DNA of 63,631 nt, counting the filler, from Octopus bimaculoides (taxonomy: Eukaryota), in the NCBI RefSeq assembly GCF_001194135.2. It is 5 parts of 5 records of this genome, joined end to end, with 100 filler letters (N's around TTAATTAATTAA, not from the genome) between each part and the next. Parts side by side here need not be neighbours in the genome. Positions count along the whole stretch, not along the records: positions 1 to 21,002 come from NC_068997.1; positions 21,103 to 43,081 come from NC_068981.1; 3 more parts are not named here. One strand, given 5' to 3'. This document shows positions 11,558 to 23,064 of this stretch, one piece after another; the first letter of the stretch is position 1; each line of letters opens with the position of its first letter. The notes below the pieces were generated by a model. That model was not told the DNA's origin and did no database searches. It was given only the letters and a program-made list of their open reading frames with translations. The position numbers and the translations under genes are program-made.

Positions 11558-12606
11558 NNNNNNNNNNNNNNNNNNNNNNNNNNNNNNNNNNNNNNNNNNN
11601 NNNNNNNNNNNNNNNNNNNNNNNNNNNNNNNNNNNNNNNNNNNNNNNNNNNNNNNNNNNNNNNNNNNNNNNNNNNNNNNNNNNNNNNNNNNNNNNNNNNN
11701 NNNNNNNNNNNNNNNNNNNNNNNNNNNNNNNNNNNNNNNNNNNNNNNNNNNNNNNNNNNNNNNNNNNNNNNNNNNNNNNNNNNNNNNNNNNNNNNNNNNN
11801 NNNNNNNNNNNNNNNNNNNNNNNNNNNNNNNNNNNNNNNNNNNNNNNNNNNNNNNNNNNNNNNNNNNNNNNNNNNNNNNNNNNNNNNNNNNNNNNNNNNN
11901 NNNNNNNNNNNNNNNNNNNNNNNNNNNNNNNNNNNNNNNNNNNNNNNNNNNNNNNNNNNNNNNNNNNNNNNNNNNNNNNNNNNNNNNNNNNNNNNNNNNN
12001 NNNNNNNNNNNNNNNNNNNNNNNNNNNNNNNNNNNNNNNNNNNNNNNNNNNNNNNNNNNNNNNNNNNNNNNNNNNNNNNNNNNNNNNNNNNNNNNNNNNN
12101 NNNNNNNNNNNNNNNNNNNNNNNNNNNNNNNNNNNNNNNNNNNNNNNNNNNNNNNNNNNNNNNNNNNNNNNNNNNNNNNNNNNNNNNNNNNNNNNNNNNN
12201 NNNNNNNNNNNNNGTATTAATTCTTTTTGATATTTTTGGTTTATTTTAAACTTTAACTTTAAATTCATTTATTTATTTGTTTGCTTATTTATTTATGGGT
12301 GATCTTTTGTTAATATGCGAACTTTGTTTGAAGATGGTGTTGGAAGAATTTCGTGCAAAGAAGAAATAATTCAAATAAAATACTTGGCAACAATAGTATG
12401 AAACAAGAACTCTTCGATATATTCTTTCTTTCATTCCTTCATCATTTTCTTTTTTCTTCTTTCTTTCTTATTTCATTTTGTTTTTCATACCTTTTCCTTC
12501 TCTTTTTTTTTTTTTTGAATTACAAAAATATGAGGAGCATAAAGATGAAATTAGTGCTGGCTGAGCTGACCACTGGTCATGTTGGTCATATTAAACATTC
12601 GGTATG

Positions 12607-12775
12607 TGGTCAAGGTAAGAGTGCGCTGAAATATCGACCAAGGTGAGAGGGTGTTGATTATGGTGCTAGCATGATGGACTGGTGGTCAAACTTATAGTGT
12701 GTTCGAGTGTTGGTCAAGCTGAGAGTGTGGGTGAATGTTGGTCCAGGTGACAGTGTGTTGGACTGTTGGTGAAAC
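12607..12775. repeat. Degenerate 28-bp minisatellite (TGGTCAAGNTGANAGTGTGNTNGANTGT)
   Basis: Three consecutive 28-bp units from about 12682 plus two weaker upstream units. Confidence 0.7.
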
Positions 12776-12835
12776 ATGCAATGATGCATAGCTTTTCTTC
12801 AAAAAATTTTGTATTGGTATGTGGTGTTACTATTT

Positions 12836-12883
12836 TCCCCTGACGAAGGAGTCATTAATAAATCCCTGAAATGGCCATAGGGA
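12836..12883 (+). ncRNA. Minimal type I hammerhead ribozyme
   Basis: Stem I TCCC(12836-39)/GGGA(12880-83); core CTGACGA 12840-46; stem II AGG/CCT; GAAA 12868-71; palindromic stem III ATGGCCAT; NUH = AUA with predicted cleavage after 12879. Confidence 0.75.
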
Positions 12884-13684
12884 CTGTAAATATGTTTTTT
12901 TGTCTTTTTTTTTTTTTGCTTAGACACTGGCTTTTCTAAAAAGGTTTCCTTTTACCTTATAAAAGTAACTTTTAATCAAAAAAAAATTATTAATCTATGA
13001 ACTTTTATCTATATTCTATATCTTATGTATTTATAAGTTTCTGATATACGTATTTTTATATTTATATATTTATATTTTTTATATATTCATTATTTTATTT
13101 TAGGTTTTANNNNNNNNNNNNNNNNNNNNNNNNNNNNNNNNNNNNNNNNNNNNNNNNNNNNNNNNNNNNNNNNNNNNNNNNNNNNNNNNNNNNNNNNNNN
13201 NNNNNNNNNNNNNNNNNNNNNNNNNNNNNNNNNNNNNNNNNNNNNNNNNNNNNNNNNNNNNNNNNNNNNNNNNNNNNNNNNNNNNNNNNNNNNNNNNNNN
13301 NNNNNNNNNNNNNNNNNNNNNNNNNNNNNNNNNNNNNNNNNNNNNNNNNNNNNNNNNNNNNNNNNNNNNNNNNNNNNNNNNNNNNNNNNNNNNNNNNNNN
13401 NNNNNNNNNNNNNNNNNNNNNNNNNNNNNNNNNNNNNNNNNNNNNNNNNNNNNNNNNNNNNNNNNNNNNNNGACCTTAAATTTGTTGTTTGTTCTACAAC
13501 CAAAGTTTGTTATACTCGTCTCATTTACTTGAGCACTTCTCTTGCAGTCCTATTAACCCTCTTGTTCCTAATAAGAAACAACCACTATTATTATTGATAT
13601 ATATATATATATGTATATATAATAGAGATATTAATATTTCTAAGTCTCTCTAAAGGAGACTACGGCAGTGGTACTGGATATTAA

Positions 13685-13725
<41 letters not shown>

Positions 13726-13726
13726 G

Positions 13727-13880
13727 ATGGTCTTCCACACAATTACTATCTACCAAATTCACCTACAAGGCATTGGTTAGCCCAGGGCTGCAGTAGCAGA
13801 CACTTGCCTGAGGTACCACTCAGTGAGACTGAACCCAAGACCCATGGTTGCAAAGTAAGTTTGTTAACCACACAGCCATG
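13727..13880 (-). mobile_element. tRNA-derived SINE 5' half
   Basis: Reverse complement reads CATGGCTGTGTGGTTAAC...GGGTTCAGTCTCACTG...GGCAAGTG. Confidence 0.75.
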
Positions 13881-15989
13881 TGGACTCTTTCAAAAGGTAT
13901 ATTTCCCAGATATGTCTTCGACTGAATCTACTCTGCTTCTAGGCCATTGATATTCTTTATTTCACCTTCACCTCAAGTCAACCTTCTTAATCCTGCAGAC
14001 TTTTTTTCAAAGATATTCCAAATTGGATTCTCTTAGTTTCTTTCTTTGATTTTTTTTCTTTCTTGTTGCATATTGTACATTTAGAAATACATTCTCAAAC
14101 ATGTCCTTATTTTTTAAGACAATATGGTGTAATTTGAGGGAGACTTTACTACTATTTTGTAGTATGTCATACAAATGTTGCATATCTTACCACTATGGCT
14201 CAGAATGATTAGTATGGTTGCTTTCTACATCTAAGGTTTGTTTTCTGTGACTGAATTTACGGAAATATCTTAAACCTGGTTTCTCTGCTATTGATTTCAC
14301 AAAGATTATAAATTTACTCTCTCTTTTAAACACACACACACATACATATATACATATAAGTGTTAGACATTTATGTTCTTTTCTTAACTAATCCGTTTTG
14401 TTTGTTTTATTTACTTGCTTGTTTGTTTCTAATTTCAATAAAAAATTTCCGGTTAGATATGAACATTAATAAATTATATATAAAAATAAAATAATACTGT
14501 AAAAAAAATTGCTGTATATGTCATTTACATATCTCAATGATATTTTAGGATGAAATATATGTGTGTGTGTAGTGTGTATTAAACACACAAAATAGATCAA
14601 CACAAGAAATTTCCTAGACAAATAGGAAATATGAACACATTAATTTATCATTTTAGTAACAGGAAATAACAACAAGCAATTGCCAATATAAATCAAAAAG
14701 CATAAAACTGCCATATTTTGACAGTTCCAAACAGTTTTTGTGTGTGATAATGTATATTTTCTATAACCAAAGTGCTTTCATGTAAGGCAACTTCCATATT
14801 AAAAACATAATTTTAAATCCTTCATTGAAAGTTAGACCACTTTGATTGGTAATATATCTGTATACCTCATAAAAGTTATGCAGTCTGTAATCTAAATTAG
14901 AATTTTGGCAAACTTCAATTCTTTTGAACATAATAAAATGCCGTTATCATGTGAATTTCTTCTTGTTCATCACACTATATTGCATTGATGTGGCTCCATT
15001 CATAATATTGAAATTGTTCTGGAGAATCTGAAATTGAATCTTCCAAAGATTTTAGTTGTCCTTTGGTTTATTCATTGGTTTAAGAATAATATAGTGAAGT
15101 CGGGTTGCTTTATAATTAAATCAGTTAAAAGGAGATTGTCAAGAAAAAAAAATTTAAAGCAGCTTTTCTGAGGATTGCAATAATCTAAGATGGCTGCCAC
15201 ATATCTATCAAAAGTTATATACTGCTTCGGTGAGACATTTAATTTTTTTTTCTCTTTTAAATATTTTCTTATTTAATTTCTGTTTCACTCAAAATATTTT
15301 GTAGGAGATATCCTATTTTTATTTCATACAGATCATCTGTAAATTTTCTTTGAAACTCAAAACAAATTTCAGCATTTTCTGCCAAAATATTGAATTGCTG
15401 ATAATACATATTTTTGATAGTTCTCAATGATTTTATATTTATTTATTTCTGAATATACATATCATAAATGATACGTATAGAATTTTTAAATAATTAACAA
15501 TCTTTCAAGTAGAAAAAAAAAGTTTCATTTTTATATGTATTATAGCTTTTTGAAATAAATAGGTAACGGGGAAATATTGATGATGTTATAAAATTTTTTC
15601 CACATAGTATTATATTGATATAGCACTGTTGAAGTTTTAATCATTAGTGTTATTTAATTCATGGTCATCTCTGATCCTGCCATGACCACCACATTTTTTA
15701 CAAAAACTGTGTATCTTTGACTGTGTCCTTTTTTTCCCAAAATGCAGTTGGCTAAGTGAGCCTTCTTCATTGACTCAATATAGAAATTGTTGTTGTTCAG
15801 CTCTCATATTTCCACCAATCAAACAAAACTACGATCCTTCACATTCCAACCAAAGTCATTCCATCCATTTTTGCATACCCATGTATATATTGTTTAATGT
15901 ACCTTTCCCTTTTTTTTAACCTTTCTGAAACCAACCTGCCTTGGACCGCTTTTAGTCCTCTGATGCAATCTACCTATTTCCACCATTTA

Positions 15990-16100
15990 GCAATTAAGCC
16001 AGCCATATTGGGTCCAAATATTCTACATGTTTGGTGTTCAAACTGATCAAATTCATCCTCTCACACATACCCTACAATGTCATTGTAAAAATATACTATC
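15990..16100 (+). mobile_element. Degenerate internal fragment of the piggyBac MITE family at 6660
   Basis: TTAAGCCAGCCATATT...GTTCAAACTG...CTCTCACACATACCCTACAATGTC aligns by eye with 6670-6765. Confidence 0.6.
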
Positions 16101-16570
16101 ACATCATGGGGGCAGTGGGGTCAGTTTCCTATTTCAGGATTAATTCTTCCTTTCCTCCTTTTAGTTTTTGAGTCTTTTCCTTCTTCTGCCTAACAAATGA
16201 AAAATACCTGTTGTATTAGCGTTAGGCTATGAATAAGGAGAGCCTATAGATTTGTGTTTTTGTATGTCTATATACGTATTTGTATGTCTATGTATGCGTG
16301 CATTTGTGTGTCTCTATGAATGTGCTTGTATATCTGTCTGTCTTAATGTCTATGTATATGTCTGTGTGTGTGTGTCTTTGTATGTCTATATGTGTATGCC
16401 TCTGTGCATGTGTGCACGTGTGTATTTGTATGTCTATATAGCATTTCTCTACCATTACTTATATCCCTTCTTTCAATGCTTTTCAAATCCTCTGGTGTTT
16501 CTTTAATCTTCTCTTTACTCTGGTTGTTACTTTCCTTCACACACAAGTATTACCTCTCCCTTTTCCTCCC

Positions 16571-16637
<67 letters not shown>

Positions 16638-17186
16638 NNNNNNNNNNNNNNNNNNNNNNNNNNNNNNNNNNNNNNNNNNNNNNNNNNNNNNNNNNNNNNN
16701 NNNNNNNNNNNNNNNNNNNNNNNNNNNNNNNNNNNNNNNNNNNNNNNNNNNNNNNNNNNNNNNNNNNNNNNNNNNNNNNNNNNNNNNNNNNNNNNNNNNN
16801 NNNNNNNNNNNNNNNNNNNNNNNNNNNNNNNNNNNNNNNNNNNNNNNNNNNNNNNNNNNNNNNNNNNNNNNNNNNNNNNNNNNNNNNNNNNNNNNNNNNN
16901 NNNNNNNNNNNNNNNNNNNNNNNNNNNNNNNNNNNNNNNNNNNNNNNNNNNNNNNNNNNNNNNNNNNNNNNNNNNNNNNNNNNNNNNNNNNNNNNNNNNN
17001 NNNNNNNNNNNNNNNNNNNNNNNNNNNNNNNNNNNNNNNNNNNNNNNNNNNNNNNNNNNNNNNNNNNNNNNNNNNNNNNNNNNNNNNNNNNNNNNNNNNN
17101 NNNNNNNNNNNNNNNNNNNNNNNNNNNNNNNNNNNNNNNNNNNNNNNNNNNNNNNNNNNNNNNNNNNNNNNNNNNNNNNNNNNNNN

Positions 17187-17239
<53 letters not shown>

Positions 17240-17896
17240 AATAATGGTTAGTTGGAAAATTATATTTTTCATTCTTCACAGCAATTTATTTTTCTATAAG
17301 CTTTTATAGTTTACTTACTTTAGGCTTTTGCTCCCTAAGAAACACTGGTCATTGATGACTTTTCTCCACTGTTCTCAACTTTAGGCAGTCATTTCTGCTT
17401 CTCTGTAATTACATCCCTGTTTTTCCAGCTCTGCCCTATTTTCCTTAAGGAAAAGCCTTCTCTCAGGTGTTTGTTGGTTTCGAATTATCATCGATGCTTC
17501 TGTAAATTTGTTTTTTTTTTTCTTACATAGAGATGATGGCTTTACACAAATCCATTTTTACCTCGGGGGAAGAGGGGATTCATAATTAGCCTGGCCTTTA
17601 TCCAATGGCCTATGCTCCACAGGGAGTGAGGGGGCTTAAATATAGCCCAGAATACACTGGGAACAGTTGATATGATGAATATATAATTACATATGAGTGT
17701 GTGTGTGTGCGCGTTTGAGTATGCATATTTATGTATGTATATACGTGTACACACACACACACACGTAGGTTGTTTGGGCTAAATTTGCTGAATTTTTATG
17801 TCGTTTTTTTTTCCAGGGACAGTTTGATGTATTGATAGTCAACAGGGTTGGAGAGGATGAAGATTTAAGTTTTAGTTGAGAAACAGTCAGCTGACA

Positions 17897-19212
17897 TGGC
17901 CATCTGGAAGCCATCTGAATATTGGCCATCTGGAAGCCATCTGAATATTGGTCATCTGGAAGCCATCTGAATATTGGTCATCTGGAAGCCATCTGAATAT
18001 TGGCCATCTGGAAGCCATCTGAATATTGGTCATCTGGAAGCCATCTGAATATTGGTCATCTGGAAGCCATCTGAATNNNNNNNNNNNNNNNNNNNNNNNN
18101 NNNNNNNNNNNNNNNNNNNNNNNNNNNNNNNNNNNNNNNNNNNNNNNNNNNNNNNNNNNNNNNNNNNNNNNNNNNNNNNNNNNNNNNNNNNNNNNNNNNN
18201 NNNNNNNNNNNNNNNNNNNNNNNNNNNNNNNNNNNNNNNNNNNNNNNNNNNNNNNNNNNNNNNNNNNNNNNNNNNNNNNNNNNNNNNNNNNNNNNNNNNN
18301 NNNNNNNNNNNNNNNNNNNNNNNNNNNNNNNNNNNNNNNNNNNNNNNNNNNNNNNNNNNNNNNNNNNNNNNNNNNNNNNNNNNNNNNNNNNNNNNNNNNN
18401 NNNNNNNNNNNNNNNNNNNNNNNNNNNNNNNNNNNNNNNNNNNNNNNNNNNNNNNNNNNNNNNNNNNNNNNNNNNNNNNNNNNNNNNNNNNNNNNNNNNN
18501 NNNNNNNNNNNNNNNNNNNNNNNNNNNNNNNNNNNNNNNNNNNNNNNNNNNNNNNNNNNNNNNNNNNNNNNNNNNNNNNNNNNNNNNNNNNNNNNNNNNN
18601 NNNNNNNNNNNNNNNNNNNNNNNNNNNNNNNNNNNNNNNNNNNNNNNNNNNNNNNNNNNNNNNNNNNNNNNNNNNNNNNNNNNNNNNNNNNNNNNNNNNN
18701 NNNNNNNNNNNNNNNNNNNNNNNNNNNNNNNNNNNNNNNNNNNNNNNNNNNNNNNNNNNNNNNNNNNNNNNNNNNNNNNNNNNNNNNNNNNNNNNNNNNN
18801 NNNNNNNNNNNNNNNNNNNNNNNNNNNNNNNNNNNNNNNNNNNNNNNNNNNNNNNNNNNNNNNNNNNNNNNNNNNNNNNNNNNNNNNNNNNNNNNNNNNN
18901 NNNNNNNNNNNNNNNNNNNNNNNNNNNNNNNNNNNNNNNNNNNNNNNNNNNNNNNNNNNNNNNNNNNNNNNNNNNNNNATGGCCATCTGGAAGCCATCTG
19001 AATATTGGCCATCTGGAAGCCATCTGAATATTGGTCATCTGGAAGCCATCTGAATATTGGTCATCTGGAAGCCATCTGAATATTGGCCATCTGGAAGCCA
19101 TCTGAATATTGGTCATCTGGAAGCCATCTGAATATTGGCCATCTGGAAGCCATCTGAATATTGGCCATCTGGAAGCCATCTGAATATTGGCCATCTGGAA
19201 GCCATCTGAATA
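17897..19212. repeat. 26-bp minisatellite (TGGYCATCTGGAAGCCATCTGAATAT)n interrupted by a 902-N gap
   Basis: About 7 units left of the gap and 9 right of it; each unit contains two GCCATCTG sub-repeats. Confidence 0.95.
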
Positions 19213-19504
19213 CTGGGAAAGAGTTACCTGTATCATGATGATATACATCAGGGATCAAAATGTTGACATCATGACTGCTGTTCAATAGTGTTTATTTCAT
19301 TGATATTGAATGTTAAAAGGGCAAAGTTGAGCTTGGCAGAATTTGAATAATAACAATAATGAATGTGTTTAGTCTTTAACCCTTTTCATATCAACAATGT
19401 TTTCTTTATTCACCACGAAAGGTTCATGAAAAACGTTGGGGATAGTACAGGACAATACAATGTGGGGTTACATAAATGTGTATAAAAAAAGTAAAACCTT
19501 ACAA

Positions 19505-19712
19505 AAACTATAATAGTCCTTTCTACTATAATCACAAGGCCTGAAATTTTAGGGGAGGATTAAGTCGATTACATCAACCTCACTGTTCAGTTGTATTGAC
19601 CCCAAAAGGATGAAAGGTAAAATCAGCCTTGGCAGAATTTGAACATAAAGACAGACAAAATGCCTAAAGGCACTTTGTCCATTGTACTAATGATTCTGCC
19701 AGCTCACCGCCT
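19505..19712 (-). mobile_element. MetaSINE-like SINE
   Basis: Reverse complement begins AAGGCGGTGAGCTGGCAGAATC and contains CCTTTCATCCTTTTGGGGTC. Confidence 0.75.
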
Positions 19713-20170
19713 TAATAAAAAAAGAAGAAAAAGGAGGAGGAGCAGGAAGAGGACGAGTAGGAGGAGGAGGAGGAAAAAAGAAGAAATTTGTTGTTCTCTT
19801 CACAGAGATGAGACCATACTTTGGTATTGCTTTGTAAGGAATATTTAGGTATCCAAGTGAAGAATTGGAGCTATTTTAAAAGAATGTATGCTGTCTGTGA
19901 TAATGAAATAGATAATGAAGCAACTCCAAAACGATCTTTTCTTGTTTTTATTTTTTGTTTCGTATTTTTTTTTTGTTTTGTTTTGTACTTCTTTTCATTG
20001 AAGTAGTCATGAATAAGAATACAATTCATTAAGACAACTTGATGTCTTAACTTAATTATCTTATTTATTTTAAAGATAGGTTGTACTCGTGTGAAGTCTG
20101 AATATGTCATTATCCACATCACGTGTTTTTTTGAAGTCTACATGTTTGTTTTTATCTATTATTATCATCA

Positions 20171-20225
<55 letters not shown>

Positions 20226-20754
20226 CATTATTATTTTAGCCAATGTGATGTTTTATTGATTGTCCCTATAAACGACAGAGAAAAGTTAGATGATGAGAAT
20301 AAGGTATGGTAAATATAGAAGAAGCTTAATGCCATGCTTTAGCAACTAACCTGATTGTTCTGTTTCTTTCATTGCCTTTTGTCTAATCTTTTCTATCTTC
20401 TAAAGCCATGATCAATATCATGTTCACTAGCTTATCTATTAGTAAAGTATGCTGTTATACTGTTATACGTCCAGATATACCCAATGCAATCACTTTAATT
20501 GAGCTTGATTTTCATATTAATTGATTCTAATTTTTAGACTTTAATGCCGTTTCCTGTTTTGCGGAAAATTTTAAAACTCCACTCAAAGTTTGGAAGATGC
20601 CTTCTAATCAAATAGCCATTCGTGTCTTATATTGTTTGTCTTTTACTTCTTTCAGTCATTGGACTATATGTATGTGTGTGTGTCTATATATATATATATT
20701 ATATATATATATATATGTATATGTGTGTGTGTGCATATATATGTGTGTGTGTGT

Positions 20755-20840
20755 ATAGGCACTGGAGTGGCTGTGTGATAAGAAGCTTGCTTACCAACCA
20801 CATGGTTCCAGGTTCAGTCCCACTGCGTGGCACCTTGGGC
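20755..20840 (+). mobile_element. tRNA-derived SINE head, truncated at CCTTGGGC
   Basis: GGAGTGGCTGTGTGATAAG...CCAGGTTCAGTCCCACTGCGTGGCACCTTGGGC. Confidence 0.85.
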
Positions 20841-21046
20841 TGCAGATGTTGGTGAGAGGGATAACTACCCTTGGCAAACAGGACACAGTCGTGTGTCGAT
20901 AAGCCAGCTGGAGGAGATGTCCTCCTGGGGCTAAAAGCAACAGTAACATCCACCCCTAGGGGTCAGCCACACTTAAGTGGCAATATACTACACTTTATAT
21001 ATNNNNNNNNNNNNNNNNNNNNNNNNNNNNNNNNNNNNNNNNNNNN

Positions 21047-21058
21047 TTAATTAATTAA
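21047..21058. other. Scaffolding linker (44 N + TTAATTAATTAA + 44 N); also at 43126-43137, 59595-59606 and 62546-62557
   Basis: Four identical 100-bp blocks; the 12-mer is a palindrome with stops in all six frames. Confidence 0.95.
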
Positions 21059-21102
21059 NNNNNNNNNNNNNNNNNNNNNNNNNNNNNNNNNNNNNNNNNN
21101 NN

Positions 21103-21445
21103 TTTTTCTTTCATTTGTGTATGTTGTATCCTATCTAGTTCATTGACTCCTAAATACTTGTATGGTTGGCTTTCGTCTAGTTCTCTTATTTCATTGGCTT
21201 TATCTAGTGTTATATTGCTACTTTTAACTAATTTTCCTCTTTTCAGGGTTGCTTTGGCACATATTTCTAATCCGAATTTCATATCTATTTCCTTAGTAAA
21301 GCCGTGTACTGTCTGTAGTAATGTTTCTAGCTCTCTGTCGTTTTTAGCATATAATTTTAGGTCATCCATATATAGAAGGTGGCTGACTGTTTTACCGTAG
21401 CATTTGTAACCGCATCGAGTTCTATTTAGCAATTCAGTTAATTCA

Positions 21446-21447
<2 letters not shown>
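21103..21447 (-). mobile_element. R4/Dong-like non-LTR RT fragment (domains 5-7), 5'-truncated
   Basis: TELLNRTRCGY...VSHLLYMDDLKLYAKND...DMKFGLEICAK...YKYLGVNELDRIQHTQMKEK; YMDD catalytic motif; frame open to the gap. Confidence 0.8.
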
Positions 21448-21509
<62 letters not shown>

Positions 21510-21510
<1 letters not shown>

Positions 21511-21642
21511 GACGGCGAACCAAATTCCATTGAGGTAAAAATTGTCTTTCATCCTTTTCGGAGTCGATTAAGAGAACTTGGGTTGATGTAATCGACATGC
21601 GCCTCCCCCAAAATTTCAGGCCTTGTGCGTATAATAGAAAAG

Positions 21643-21714
<72 letters not shown>

Positions 21715-21915
21715 GAGGTGGTGAGCTGGCAGAATCGTTAACATGCCGAACAAACTGCTTAGCAGCATTACATCCGGTTTTATATTCTAAGTTCAAATTC
21801 CACAAGATTGGCTTTGCCCTTTATTTATTCCGGTTCGATAAATTAGCACCAGTTCAGTTTTAGGGTCGACTAATCCCCACCACAAAATTTCAGCCCTTTA
21901 TCCTATAGTAGAAAG
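21510..21915 (+). mobile_element. Two tandem MetaSINE-like copies separated by a (TTA)n tract
   Basis: Heads AAGACGGCGAAC and GAGGTGGTGAGCTGGCAGAATCG; the first ends ATAGAAAAG-(ATT)n. Confidence 0.75.
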
Positions 21916-22712
21916 AAAAGAAAAAAAAAACATTATTAATAATATATTAAGAGAAACAGAAATAAGCCATTTTAAAAATATTTTTTCAAAAAATTTCATT
22001 ATCACAAAAATCAATTTCTTTGAATGAACTAAATCGATAAAATCTATGAAGAGGAGTGCAAGCGGACTAAGGTTTAGACTAGCTTTAGTTTACAAGTTTT
22101 GTCTAGCTAGCTTAATGGCATTGATTGAAGTTTGTGATTTACTGTAGGCAGCTGATGTATTGCAAGACCATATAAACGGAATGTCTAATGATATTATGTA
22201 ACAATGAACAATTAGAAACTGTATATAACTGAAAACAAAATAACTAATTCCCTCCAACTTGTGCATATTTTCATGGGTAGATACATTGGCGTTTTGTTCT
22301 ATGTAAAACAGATGCTGTAAATATACTATTACATAGTTGCTATTCGTAACTTTACAACGCAATGCATATTCTACACTTCAATTTTTAAGCATCACTAGTT
22401 ACTTAATGTTTCGTTATAATGTTAATGGTTGTTGGAGATGCCATGCATTCAGTTGAAATTTATTCTGAAATATAACAAGCGTACGTTAACGTCAAAGTAG
22501 AAGTCTTAAATCCTTTACTTTGATTTCAAATATGAAAAAGAATACGAGATTTTTCTTTGTCTTTATGTTGTTTTTTCTCCACATCAGCAAAGAAACATAC
22601 TTCTCTAAATATATGACACAAAATATTATATAATACTTTTTCCATTTTATATTGTGCCCATACACAAAACACTACTTCCTACCCATTTCTACATGACATC
22701 CTATATCATGGG

Positions 22713-22747
<35 letters not shown>

Positions 22748-22764
22748 CATTATTGTTATTATTG

Positions 22765-23045
22765 AACGAGAGAGCAGAGCATGCCATCAAAGTGACACTG
22801 GGGAAAATATATGAAATACAGTATACCCATCATGACTACCCGTCTGATAAGGGTGTCCCAGACGCATGTACCACAACCATATGTGTGCGATATGGTGAAC
22901 TCATATCAAGATAAACAGTACATGACCTTGCAGTTAGAATTTTCTTCCCGTCGAGTAGCCCATCTCGCTCAAAAGGCCCCTGAATAAGATTTGTTTAAGG
23001 AGGTTGAACAAAACAACCATGTTTCCGGAGGTGAATTATTCAATA
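22765..23045 (-). mobile_element. Unclassified interspersed repeat, copy 1, abutting an (AAT)n tract
   Basis: Homologous to 23445-23730 (TATACCCATCATGA...GATATGGTGAAC...AGAATTTTCTTC...GAGTAG...CGCTCAAAA). Confidence 0.7.
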
Positions 23046-23064
23046 TTACTATCATTATTATGCT

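Noticed and set aside
11314-12268. Long ORFs dominated by X (also at 13090, 16368, 30898, 32236, 40936, 48393, 50505, 55642, 58413 and 60833)
   Set aside because: They are open only because N-gaps contain no stop codons
14700-15400. Short protein-like minus-strand frames (for example LDYRLHNFYEVYRYIT and QFNILAENAEICFEFQRKF)
   Set aside because: Under 60 aa, no recognisable family, and no consistent splice chain could be built
17897-19212. Minisatellite (and the 22-bp and 28-bp arrays) as a CRISPR array
   Set aside because: Units are contiguous with no unique spacers, there are no cas genes, and the context is eukaryotic
21047-21058. Recurrent TTAATTAATTAA islands inside gaps, read as a conserved motif or piggyBac target
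   Set aside because: Identical 44N-12-44N geometry four times marks an artificial scaffold linker
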